In this document: positions 25,393-38,955 of the stretch, piece by piece
Numbering within the stretch: the first letter of the stretch is position 1
Layout of the letters: each line of letters begins with the position of its first letter
NCBI GenBank assembly: GCA_965644265.1
Contig: OZ286462.1
Coordinates: 25,854,001-25,918,000 of the forward strand
Direction: 5' to 3'
Source: Glycera tridactyla
Taxonomy: Eukaryota
DNA length: 64,000 nt
Notes under the pieces: model-generated
What the model saw: the letters and a program-made list of their open reading frames with translations, nothing else
What the model was told of the DNA's origin: nothing
Database searches by the model: none
Translations under genes and position numbers: made by a program

Positions 25393-28300
25393 TACTCAAT
25401 AAGACAACTCAAACGCGGTAGGTGATTAAGAAGTGATTGACAGTTTTCTAACGTATATCTACATTTGCTGACGTCATCTAAAATGTTGTGATGACGTCAC
25501 AATGATTATGCGAAGAAGACCACGTCACTCGAGGGTACCAGATACTGGACTCCACGCAGTGCTTAGAGTGTGGAGCCATCTACTGGATAGGGTGTGAACG
25601 AGTGTGCGGAGGCATCTCGTGGTGGAAGGGAGAAGCACATGTGCCTGCAGTGATGGCGCATGTTACCTGGCCAGTGATTGAAGCAATATTTTGTAGACTG
25701 TGAGAACACTTATTTGCTGAAAACACACGGGTGTCGCGGGGGTCAACAACCTCCGATATACATGTGCTTTGTCATCTTCATCATCAACGTCGTTTTCATC
25801 ACCATCATCATCCTCATGTCGTGTTTATCTTTTACGATTGAGGAAATCGTTATGTACTTATTTCTGGTATGGAAGCAAATGTTGACCACTTATGCCCAAT
25901 TCGCGTATGTTGGATATAAAGGCAGTGTAAATGCAAATGAAGTCACATAAACCCTGTAATCTGAGATTGTGATGTCATCAAAGGGTGAGTTGGTCTCATC
26001 ATTAGGCCCAGAGCTCACTACTCCACATGTGTGGCTGGCCTTTTATTTTCTGGCTTCCATCACCCATTGTGCTGTATTAAATATCACCACCCTAAAGCTT
26101 GAACGTCAGCTTCAAACCGGCCTCCAGATAAATATGCCGAAACTCGGTTGATCTGCAATGCACATCTATGTAGAGGTCTTTCTCGACTGATAGATACATA
26201 TCGACTTCCGTATTTCCATCAAATTTTTAAGGGATTGTGAGAGTGATCCTTTGCCTGGCATGAAAATTGACAAATGGCGAGACATATGTCATTAAAAAGA
26301 TGAGATCACACAAATAGTCAGAATTGCCTACCTATCTAAGCATTTGCTCGGGTTTCGCATAAGATGTGACTCTGGCATTGCGCTATATTGAATACAGGTT
26401 CAATGCGGTGATGGAGAAATCCATGAGTCTAATTCATCCAAGCCATATGGGAGCAATGAATCATGGGCGGACTTGTGAGACCGGACTACCTAATGTGAAC
26501 TCGGCAATTCTAGTTGACAGACTAGTGCAATGTCTGGTTATTTGCTTTATCGTCATATCAATGTGGTCGAATGTCATATTCTCTTGCTAAGACAGCATGA
26601 ACGTGTGAGCTTTTCTGATGCAAGTGTGAACATGACAGCAATACAATATAAACACAATGAGGGCAATTGTTTTCATGGGTTCCCCATGGATTCATGTACA
26701 GGAAATCATGAGAGGTATTCATACATTGCATGCGTGTGTTCAGTAGTAAAGCATATATTAAGATAATTTCTGGCAAATAACATATCACTAATGCTGGATC
26801 TTTCATTTCGAAGTATACATTCTTTGGACGTCTGTGTCTGTTCGCTTCTCGTGCCATCCTTGCTATCTCTCATCTGATAGCTGTACGACTGACATAAAAT
26901 GCTGTGCTTATTTGAGGCAGGATGACCACTTATATCACATATGGCTTGGTCAGTGGTGTGAACCATCACATATTAGGGCTTGGATTCCCAGAGACAGTCA
27001 TATTTCATCATGTCCATGGGCAGAAGCACTAAGACCAAGAATACCTCGAATGCAGTCGGCGTTCCGATCTACTTCAGCCTTGCTGCCAATTGAGCTCCTA
27101 CATTTCATGTCGCGGAAGAAGGGCCCACTTGGAGCCTGGGATTTGTGGTTTCGCCTCTGCTCCCGTTCATGACGCATTCAGTTTGAGTCTATATATTTAG
27201 GCTCGCTGAAATGATACTACGAGTAAGTCTGAAGTTGATACAATCTCATTATTGCATGGACGTCTCAATATTGCTCAGTCCGCGCTTATGAGACGTTAAG
27301 TATCCGACCAACCCACATTTTTGTGAAAGGTACCGGTGTTCGGATTGCAAACACCATTCACACACAAGGAAGCAAACGGTGAGTTTCCAGATACAAGTAG
27401 GTCAAAGTACTTCCCATGAACTTGTCTGGTAGAGCAGGTCTTCTTATCTCTAGCTGATATCCCACACGAAGCTGCTCAGGTCGAAAAGGAACCTGGTTCT
27501 CCTAGTCGTGAGATTGGGGATCATAACCATCGACATCATCAGGAAAGAGAATTTTGCTTCTGTGCCCATATTGAATAATATCAAAATTGTTCCAAATTGC
27601 GGGAATTTGGATGATCGCATGCTTTTATGATCACACTGGCACCCTTGACACACTGATTATACTGATCGCTAAAATTGTGGAAATTCAATATGAATTATTT
27701 CATGTTCATACTGCGTGATACAGTCACTTCCCACATTTTGGGAATCCGAAATATCCACCTGACTGCCTGTGAATTTTGTGAAATTTGATTTCCCATTGAG
27801 AACCCAGAAATATAAGACAACTACCACGACGTTGGTCAGTAACACAAATGTATGAAATTGTATTCCTTACGATGAAAGGCTGTGATCGAGAAAACTAATG
27901 CAACGGCTAGTTCTTGAAGATTAGTACTGTGGAAATAGACGTGAAGTAAGTTTTTGAATGGGAGAGATTGGTATGTTTGTGGTGTACGGTGAGGAAAAAC
28001 CAAACCGAGGAAGCTCTGAGCTGCTCATTCAGTCATTTTAAATTTTCCCGATGACGTCCGAATGCTGACGGCATTTTATGACGTCACAAAGTGGCTGAAT
28101 GCGGGGCTCTGAGTAATTCCACCCTTATTTATTTCGGTTGTCCACACCCGTGTACCACATTCATAGCACCATGCTTCTTCTAGAGGTACAAGTCAGATTT
28201 GTATCTGTGTGTGCGTATTTGAATATGCTTTGTGCTTGNNNNNNNNNNNNNNNNNNNNNNNNNNNNNNNNNNNNNNNNNNNNNNNNNNNNNNNNNNNNNN

Positions 28301-31300
28301 NNNNNNNNNNNNNNNNNNNNNNNNNNNNNNNNNNNNNNNNNNNNNNNNNNNNNNNNNNNNNNNNNNNNNNNNNNNNNNNNNNNNNNNNNNNNNNNNNNNN
28401 NNNNNNNNNNNNCAGTATGCAGTGCATAGTACATCAACACAATGATTGTGAGATATGCACAAAGAACATTGCCTCTCCATATGGCTCGAGTGTTTTTGCG
28501 AATACATGTTTTTGTACTACCTGTCTACTTTATATGTTTTTGTCAGGAGTATAATATTATTTCCGATGCCATCCCACTCAGTAAATGGCCATATTGAACT
28601 GCCTATGCGTGTTTGCAGTTCACCATAATTCCTGCACAGCTTGGAATTCATCGCATGATGTCACCAAGGCCTCTCTTGACATTTTGAGCATGTATTTCAT
28701 CATCCTAAAACACGGAATTGTATTGATTTGTATGATACACATTGCACTGGGGCTGTTCAATTCATTGGCTTAGCCGTCCGTTGATACTGGAAAATGTAAC
28801 TAATTACTTAACCAACTTGCTACAACCCCTGCTAGAAACAGGTAACTACCCCCATCCTGGGCACTTATCCGCGGGAAAGACACATATCTGTTCTCAACTC
28901 ATTGACAACAAGAATACATGCTCTTTATATCCATGTACGGAGCTACCAATATCAATCGGTTCATCAATATAAGACTTTATTCACAAAAAGGCCCCATGAT
29001 AAATATCGAATAAAGCAAGAGCATATGGTTGTAATTTGAGGATGGATTCATTGAGGTGGCGGACAGGTCGAACATCTGCTTTGCACCTCTGTCATATGCC
29101 ATTCATTTTGACTCCTTTGTTCCTCATTACAATCATATAACAATGTTCTCACTCTATAATTCCTATGGTTTGCAGGGAATTGATTAACATTTAACATATT
29201 CACCAAGTATCAAAATCTTTTAGTTCTCATGAATGTATAGCCGGAATATACGTGTGCGATAGTGTATATTGATGACAAATATGACAGTTAAACGATTGAT
29301 GTCTCTTCAGCCAGTGTTCCCATTCGTTTTGTGAATGGTTGTTTGATACATCTTGATGCAGCTTTTAAGCTGCAGTTCGCATTGTTAGGGGTAATTTCGC
29401 ACTCGTTTACTCAGGATTAACAAAATACTCATTCTTACTATAGTTACTGACATTCCACTTTGACTGAATGCCTCCACCTATATCTCAGAGCTTAGCATTT
29501 CAGATATAACATACCATATTCAGTTGAAGGGATTGATCAAACATATAGACTTCTAGGTGGAATACAATTCTGAGATGAAAATTGATCACTTATTTTGTAT
29601 CTGCTCATTGATATTAATTCTTCTCATATCACTGATTATAATTCCTTTCATTTGTAAGATAATTCTAGTCTGGTCAAATGATCTAAAGAGGTATTCGATG
29701 CTGTCAAGTGACTCACATGCATCGGGAGCCGGATTGTTGCTAATATTACATCCTTTTGTCTATTTCAGAAGCAAGGGAGTCAGTAGAAGGCACCTTCTCA
29801 CTGACGTTAAGTTGACGTTGGTGATCTCAGTATCAATAGATTGGCCCCAGATTGATAGCAAAAGAGGGAGGGGCTATTTGAATTCGTAGTGCACCGACAC
29901 TTTGGTATAAGAATCCGCAGGTCAATTACTGCAGTATTATATGTATGTTGTATATAATACCTATGTATTTCTAGTCACTACCCAACGGAATGGTCTTTCT
30001 ATACATAGTGCCCACAGTTGTGGTGTCTTCGGAGTATGGAGATATTCGCTGGCTAGCACATGACATCACCACGTTTATGATGACGTAGTGATGCCATGAC
30101 GAGGCTGAGCGATTCAGTGACGTCATCATCGATGCAATGTATCTAGTGCGTAATCTCAAGCTGTTCCTACCTAACAACCCGACTGGGCTTCTCATGAGAG
30201 AGAGAGAACGAGGGAGAGTGAGTGAGAGAGACAGACAGAGAAAGAAACACCGTGTGTCTACGAGCATGTGTATGGGCTCATTGTTTATTTATTACACAGG
30301 GAAGCATTTACCAGTTTGATAATCAGGCTATTTGCAAGACTGCATGGTTCCAGTTCGAATTTTATCCCTTTCACTATCAATACATATCCTGTTTGTATGC
30401 CGAGAAATTTTGAAAAATCAGAAATCCACTCTACTGTCTGGCGTGATCAGGGTGGACATAGAGCTCATGAAGATTGGAAGCTCTTCTTCATCTATATTGC
30501 AGGTCAGCAATTCTGAATTCTTTGTGATGTATACTTTTTGTTTTTGGTCCGTGAAGAATTACTGCTACAAAAGACGAGTGAAATTAGTCAGGAAGGACAG
30601 GAACTGACGTTAGAAGAGTCTGCATATTTCTCCTACATGAAAATAATCCATGTCGTTCCTTGAGTAACAATTCTTACATTAGGGGTCTCAGAAATCCTGT
30701 ACCAAAATTGGCTTTGTCCTGTCTGTCAATGTTGAAAACTGGAACCGAATCACTTGACATGTGCTTTCAAAGGTCTTTGTTACCACCAGTGACATCAGAA
30801 TGTTGTGGGATATGCATCGGACTACGACCAAATGGGGCTAGTTTCAATCTGGAAATCATGTGTGTGATGCCTAATGAATATGCAAATGGAATGTTAGTAC
30901 TGATAGTATTCTATAAACCAGATGTGTACCTCTGGTTTGGGTGCATTTTGCCAGTTTTTCCACCTGATTGATGATCATATCATCCATGTAAGGCTTCTAC
31001 CTGAACTTGCTTGGGTAGAAGAATCGTGTAATACTCACTGTCGCTAATGAGGATTAATTTGCATATGTATCATTGCAATTTTGCACCATCATGTCATCCC
31101 TACTGGACTATAAGTGCGAGAGGTATCAATTGTAATATATGAGACCCTGCTGATTTTTTTGCAAGGGAAATCCTATTTGTATCCTATATAATGATATTGC
31201 TTGGGGATTTGCTGCTGTTTGATCTGCGAAATCCCCACCTTCTTAAGTTGATGGTTTGTAAGAGTGATACCAGTAGTGCATCCAGATTTCCTAGATCAGG

Positions 31301-34290
31301 AACACATGGCAGATATAATCCTATGTGTATTTACATGCCATGACATCCCATCAATTCGATTCATACGTGTGACATCCAACTCACCCCGATCCATTCATCC
31401 TCCTGAAAATGATTTTCATGACAATCCATTGGAATTTAGAAACTCTGTGATTCAAAGCATCATTGATATTTGAAAGTATTCGGAATACTCATGTAAAGAG
31501 GGGCAAAATGAATCATGAATATTGATGGGGAGGTGAGATTGATATCCATGTCAGATGGAGACCTTGTCGACTGAATCCGGCTCTTTTTGGGTCGCCGCAT
31601 GATCAATGTAACACCGACTTCAGATCTAAATTAAAGATATTTAGTGAATTTCAATCCTAATCTTGATCTACATAAATGGTGAATTTTCTCTTTGATACTG
31701 GACACAACAAATGATCCCACCTTGAATCGTTGTTGGATACATCCCATTCATTCCCTACTTTGTATCCATCTCTCGTCCCATCAGAGATGATGACAAAGCT
31801 CACGGTGGAAGATTCCCACGTGGATGAAGAGCTGCATCTTTGTTTATTGAATGCTGACCGGATCACGTCATTCATCTCCACATCATGTGATTATGTATAT
31901 TGACATGTGTAATATGTGGAGATCTCATCAATGGAGAGGTCTCATGTATGAAGCAATCTCTCAGCCAGCAATAATTCCTCCAGATTTCTGTCCACATTTC
32001 TCTCTCAATATTCATAAGAAGGTTTGATTTGTCCTTGAGATATTCGACTTATCCTGCATTCGTGCCGATATTTCTTAGGAGATGATGTATGAATTGGGTG
32101 GGCATGCAGGATCATATATTCGATGATTTGATAGGATATATGGTGTGGGTGAACGCTTTCATTGTTTTGACCCTGGAACATTATCATGGGGAATTTTTTT
32201 ATGGATGTATGACCAAATTGTCAGTGAGCTAGATGCCTATCTGAACTGCCTGATGTGATTGCATAAAATATGAAATATGGGATTTCTGGCTCCTATATCT
32301 TCCTCACATGTCATACAAATGAATGTGTACAATATTTGAGAATTGAAGGGGCATCTTCACTGGAAATTTGTAAGAAATCACACTTTGGGGGTCTACCTGG
32401 GAATGTATCCAATCTGGGGATTTGAGGAAATGAGCTCTTATTGTGAAGCAGGTTCGGAAAAAGGGGAATGGATGTCCTCGAAGTTATGGATGCCGACATT
32501 CCTTTATAATGTATAGTGATTATTCTACCTTGTGAGGGGGATACCCCCGATGAAGGGTGGGTGGGGATCACATCTGGGTGGGGATCTCAACCCCCACTAT
32601 CCATCTTCATCACTTGACTCTCCACACCAATCATCACACATCTTTGCTGTTTCACTCATTCCTCTTTTTGTCTAATTTGATACTTTGATTTTTGTTAGTT
32701 TGGAATAAATCAATACCAATGTATGATCAGCATTTTGTTCTATTTGCCATCGTATATATGTCTAGAATCCAGTGGAATCTCTGTCTAACATCTGGGACCA
32801 AGGAAGATGGTTTTGAATTATGTCATACATTGCCTGTGTGTTAATGTCTCAATATAACCCTTAGCAAGCTAACCACCCAACCTTTTGAGCTAACCAGTCA
32901 TCTGAAGAGGTGCGAGGAGGAAAGAAGGCAAACAGCAATCGTCCGAAAGAGCAATCAACAAGCCATGAAACCGATCACCACCGCCGACCAATCTACTGTG
33001 TAGTGATGAAAGCATCAATCCCATTCATGTAATATCAATAATTCGATGCTCCATGACTCTAGATGTGATCATCAAAGAACGAGTGCTATAGTCTGTGGTG
33101 TGCCGGAATGGAACGCTACATCTGTCCAACACTCATAGAAGTGAACTCAAGTCCACCAAGTGATTCCATAGATATCCACCTTCCGTCGAAGCCCCGCGTG
33201 GAGGAGTCTTGAATGAACCGACCATGCTTATTGCAGAATAGAAGCGAATATATGTCCAGAAGAAGCTTATTTGGCGCTGAAGTGATATCAACCAACTAGG
33301 CAAGTACCTAACCAAGCCCACCAACCCATCATAAAGGTTCNNNNNNNNNNNNNNNNNNNNNNNNNNNNNNNNNNNNNNNNNNNNNNNNNNNNNNNNNNNN
33401 NNNNNNNNNNNNNNNNNNNNNNNNNNNNNNNNNNNNNNNNNNNNNNNNNNNNNNNNNNNNNNNNNNNNNNATGGGCGTGACATTGAACCAGAATCAACCA
33501 GTCAAGTCCACAATTTCTTTGGCATAGCGGCAAATACCATATCAACATGCCGTCTCTAGTAGCAAAATCATTTCAAATTCCTGTCGACTTTCCCAACTTT
33601 TAGATAGTTGATGCTATTCGTATGTGAAAACATTCATGTTCAAATGTCAAGAAAACCATGCATGTGAAAGGAATAAGAAAATCAGTACTCATATAAAGGG
33701 AGTGTGTCTTTTATTTAATATGGTGGTCACCAGTGCATTTATAAAATATACATATAGATAACAGGCATGACCAGTTTCGCGTCGTCGATAAGCACATATT
33801 TAACAATCAACTTCATAACATCTAACCTAGCATACATCCCTCTTCAGTAGCATACACATACAACATAGACTTTTATACATCTGTACAACTTCTGGGTATG
33901 TGAGCCTTACACTGTAAAAAATGTTGAGTTGTGATAACTTATTGGTAATGATGCAGCAGTGCTGCCCTATTGCCAATGAGTAGCTATGACTACCAAAGGA
34001 TGAGTACATCAAACTTGCATTGCAAAAGTAATGGCATTGCTTTGACTTGAGTCATCTTGTATATGTCACTAGCTCACACTGATTGACACTACTTAGAACT
34101 TGCAAGTTGTCTCAACTTGTTGTCAATAGATACACGAACTTAGAACATGTAAGTTGTCATGACTTGTCCCCAGTCAGCAAGTTGACTCAGAGTCTGCAAG
34201 TTGTTCTGACTTGTTCCTACCATCTACTCTGACTTGAAGCCATCAGGTTCTCCTATCTAGTTTATTTCCAGTATATGTACTAAAGTACCA

Positions 34291-34634
34291 CCATCCATTG
34301 GTGGGAATGATGAAAGAGTTTAATGTTGTGATATCAGTAATGTTTGTATGATGGATACTAGTTTATCAAAATAGGTGAAATGTTGGAGTTCATTCATTGA
34401 TGTCATCGAGCTGGAATCTTAGTGCAGTACAGGCCTGCTCCTCAATACCTCCCCCCCCCCCCCCTCCCACATAAACATCCTGACTATTGACCTACATGAA
34501 CTCAGGTCAATCTGACATCAATGAATAAACTCCAAAATTTCACCTATTCTAATGAACTGGTATCCATCATACAAATATCACTGAGATCATGACAGTGAGC
34601 CCTTTCATCATACTCACCAATGGATCATGGATGG
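34291..34634. mobile_element. Foldback / MITE-like element with ~113-bp imperfect inverted arms
   Basis: 34293-34405 is the reverse complement of 34513-34625 at roughly 80% identity by eye (e.g. tttgtatgatggatac / gtatccatcatacaaa). The ~107-bp spacer contains a poly-C run. Confidence 0.7.
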
Positions 34635-35489
34635 CAGCCTAGAATGTGTGATATTAAGGATTGAAGAGTGGTTGAGATGGAGGTCTCAACTGTGCCATGC
34701 TGGGAGATGATAGTGGCGGGAAAACATGCACAGTTGGATGACCAGTGGTGTGTGGCAAGGCAGCCTGGTTACTCCTTCACTGCTACTTCACAGGTGGCAG
34801 CTGGGGGAGGGTGATATGCTAGAGTGCTAGTATAGGTAATAGCAGACTTCCTGCCTGTATGTTTTTGTACATTGAAAGTTGCACCCCTCCTCTTGACTCA
34901 ATATACTTCATCCATTCATTATTCAAGTTTTCTACAGATGTACTGAACAACAAGTGATAATAGAATACAGTCAAATCTGTCTTGAGCAGCCAACATTTAC
35001 TGTACGGAAACCTAATACCTGTATTATAAGAACTGTATTTTGATGAAAGTTGTTTAAAACCAGTCTATTTCAGTTTAATTGGCTACTTAGGACAGATATG
35101 ACTGGACGCCATCAGTTGGTCACTTGAAAACCAATCTATTCCATCTTGATTGGAGGCTGCTTAGGACAGGTTTGATGTGACCCTATCAGCTGGTCACCCG
35201 ATTAACTCATCCCATTTAAGTTGACACTACTTGCAGAACCCAATTTGTCTTCTGTACTCTGAACCAACAAGTAATCATAACTTGAAAATAAACAACTAGT
35301 TGAGTCAACTAGAGAGCAATGAGTATAGCTGACAAACAGATTTTACAGTGTAGAGATGCTACATATGTTATGCCTGGACTTTGCTGGGTGATGTTATTGT
35401 TACTTTCACCATATTTCGGTATGATAGAATCTCAATAACGGGCATGAATCTTCTTGGATCACCATCGGTGACGGCGCAGGTGGCTGATA

Positions 35490-35900
35490 TGACAACGACA
35501 AAGACGACAATAACGACGACGGCGACGAAAATGACGACGACGACTGTGGCTGTGGCGGTGGTGATGACGACGACGATGACAATGTGGATAACGATGATGC
35601 CAATGATACAAGTGTCAATGTCAATGATGATGGTGATGACGCAAGATGGTGTTCGTTGTCGTGACGATGACGAGGATGACGACGACGACGACGATGACGA
35701 CGACGGAGATGAGTTGGGTAGTGGTGGCGTAGTTGTGGTGGTTGTTTTAGTCGTGTTGTGTGTAGTGGTTGTTGTAATGGTGATGAAATTGGGGAAGAAC
35801 GGGGAAGGGAGAAGAAGATCGGGTGGAGGAGCACGATGACGAATCCGAAGACGACTATATCTATAACGATGACGATAGTGATGGCTATGATAAGGATGAT
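35490..35900. repeat. Degenerate (GAC/GAT/GGT)n trinucleotide region
   Basis: gacgacgat triplet runs; the low-complexity ORFs on both strands are by-products. Confidence 0.85.
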
Positions 35901-38130
35901 TCTGAATAATTTGCCGGTAGGGCCCGAGACTGTCTGGAAACAAACATGCATTGGTCGGTCGAAGATTTCTCAAATGGTTGCTGATACTTCAATTTGGATA
36001 AAGAGTTATTCTCCGGTACTGAATTACCATATGCGTATGACTGATAATTGTGAACTTCCTCTGAAAATCGAATACTGTTATAGTTTATGGAATAGTACGG
36101 TGAGGAGAGGAAGCAAACCAGGCAAAATACAGATATAAAAACCCAACACCAGATAACATGTTACATTGTGGTGACCCAAAACCTGTGCATACATGGTTAG
36201 TGTTCCATGCACACACTACGGACAATGTGTATATACAAGAGTGATATAGTAAATACAGATTGTACATACGTAGAAATTGCTTGCAGATACACATCCATTT
36301 TGTTATATATAAGTAAGGTAAAATATCCACTCGGTCAGAAAAAATCATCCGTACAGCATTCATTGGCAATTAGAATTCCCCCTAATGTTCAAACGCAATA
36401 AACTGTCAATATCAACAATGAATCATTCAATAAAAACTGAACATATTCACCCGATGTGTTAATTCCACCGTCCCTTCTGATGATTGTTTCATCCAATGAT
36501 TTCAGAATTATACATATCTTACAGATATTTGAATAAAAGGTGAGTTTTCTCCGATCACGACGGAGTTTCTGTTATACCAACACGTATTTACAATGAAACC
36601 ATGAATACTGTGAGAGGCATGCGTATTGAGATGGTCGAGGTGAACCAGGCAGCGTGTATCTCGCTATTGATCGCCATCTAGCGGAGAAATCTCGAAGTGC
36701 TGGTTCTGGCCATCGCCGCGGGGTTATTAATTCCGAAGTTCGCGTTGAGATGGAGTTGGACAGACAAGTGGGAGAACAGAATGAAAGCGAAATTTTCATA
36801 CTTGCGTTCGTGTGCGGGTGTGTGTTGAGAAGGGGGTCAGTGCGCGCGCGCGTGTGTGTGTGTGCGTGCGTGCCTGTATGTATGCGTCTGGGCATGTTCT
36901 CGAAAGAGTGCTTGCTTGAGTTGAATCAGTAGCGGAAATAGTCATTCCGTGTTCTGGGCAGTCTCCTATACGTGTTAACATGTTTTTGAGCTCGAAGAAT
37001 ATAAAACAACGTTCTTCCCCACACAGGTGCTACACGACTGCCTATATTTGCCAGGGAACAACTGCTTGGAAATATCCAAAATTTTGTATCATACTTGTCT
37101 TATCTAAGGAACATTCCCAGTTGTAATCAGCTCCTGGACACAGCAGAAGATAAATCAATATCGATATACAATTAGGCAACATCAATAATCGAACTAGTGG
37201 ACTTGGCTTCAGTTATGTGAAAATGAATGGCATCATTCCATGCACATAACTCATTACAACTGACAGACACAGATGGTGATATAAAAACAAATTTAGTTCG
37301 AAACACATAGATAACTTTCCCAGTAACGCGCATACATATCTTTGCTTCTATCCTGCTACTACAATACAATGGCTCGACGCATTGCATGTCCGAAATCTCA
37401 CACTTTCGGCCATATGACAGTCAAGGAACTTCAGACTTTAGAGCTAAGCAAAGCACAATAGAGTATTACAAAGAGAACTGTTAAACATCCCACATGACTT
37501 TCAGCATCTCACAAGAAGTGTGATGGTGGTTTCGGGTGAATACTGCCATTTTGTCACAGAAAGATATATCAAAATGAGTCGCGGATGGAAGCAGTGCAAT
37601 CACTACGACTCTGTAATGAACTTCTCCGTTCACGTTTTGGAGCAGCCAATATGTGGTTCAGATGGGATCGCCCTTCAAGAAGAGACTTACACCATTTGCA
37701 CTTCTCATACAGGCGGCACCTCTGTGTAGAGGAAACAGGGATGACCCTCTATCTGTCACTACTCCACTTTACCCGGTTGTGAATGCGTATTCGGTCACAG
37801 ATATTGATGTTGATGGTAGAGCCTTCAACCGCAGCAAATAATTATGTATTTCTGTCGGTATTTTTTTAAGAGGAAGAGCCTGAACAGGGCTTCTGATGAA
37901 TAAATTGATAAATTAAGGTAGACTTGGAGTGTATACCAAACTGTAAACCATCACATATACTTTGCACATCCTTGAATATAATCGTTGCACTTGGTGTTCC
38001 GTTCAGTGTACTTGATACATCAGGTTATGGACACAAAAAAGTTGTGTTCAATTGATATTTCTGGCACTGGAATAGGTTTAGCAAATACGTACTTCCAGCA
38101 GGAGTGGTTGCCTTGAGATACCAGGGCCTC

Positions 38131-38253
38131 GGGATAGCCTGACACACCGGCACAGGGGCAGGGAGACGAAGGGAAATTTATGGGAGATAGTGGAAATGGA
38201 GTGAATAGATGGGCAGCGATGGCGAGAGGCACACAGAAAACCCACTCAGAGAA
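38131..38253. repeat. Dispersed ~120-bp repeat, second copy at 49771-49891 in the same orientation
   Basis: Shared tagcctgacacac..cagggagacgaagggaaa..gtggaaatggagtgaatagatgg..ggcacacagaa..cactcagagaa. Confidence 0.75.
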
Positions 38254-38955
38254 GAGGTCTCCGGCGACTCTTGGGAGATTCTTTCTTTCTTGCATGAGGT
38301 AATATTGCTGTTACCACTTCGGCTGCCATTGGGAGCAGGCTGCCTTCCAGTGTTTGAACGTCAGGTCGAATGTCAACCCCGTCTGGAGGAAAAGGGAAAG
38401 CTGGGTTTTTTTTTCATGGAAAGCTGCCTTGAGGGCCCCGAGTCCCTGATATGCCACACTATTGACTCTATGGAGATATTTGGGGACTGTATTTATTGAA
38501 TTCAAGGCAACTCCTCAGAACAAATCTGTTTTCCAACTGTTCCCAGGTTGATTGCTTATGCTCCAGATCTATCTATTTATGTGTGTTCATGACCTGGACC
38601 TGCCGACAGCAAGACCGACGTATTGTTGAGTATTTGCGATGCACTGCATAGTATAGCAAGTCAGCTTAATCTTTCAAACCTTTTGTATTTATTCAGATAG
38701 CTGCTCCCTATTCCATGGCGCTCAAATCTCTGCAACTTATATTACATTACCGATCTACTTACCTCTAATGTGAACAGCTTCTGATGCCCTTTGGACACCT
38801 CATCTACCCCTCTCTATTCTCTCTTGTACTTTTCTATCAATCCTCTACTATAAACTTCTCCGTTCCTGCCTTTCCCTCAATGGATCTAATTATAGCATTC
38901 CAAATCACTGACCCGGTGCTGTGTGATGTCACTAACATATATCTAACTATCAACC

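Noticed and set aside
35368-35973. Asp/Thr/Ser-rich ORFs suggesting an acidic biomineral protein
   Set aside because: Degenerate triplet repeat. The Asp-rich frame is bounded by stops with no usable start or splice sites.
37691-37721. Minus-strand segment with good acceptor and gtaagt donor as a possible last CA10-like exon
   Set aside because: The phase-0 translation RCRLYEKCKW does not resemble CARP C-termini; the same applies to strong minus acceptors near 38382 and 43598.
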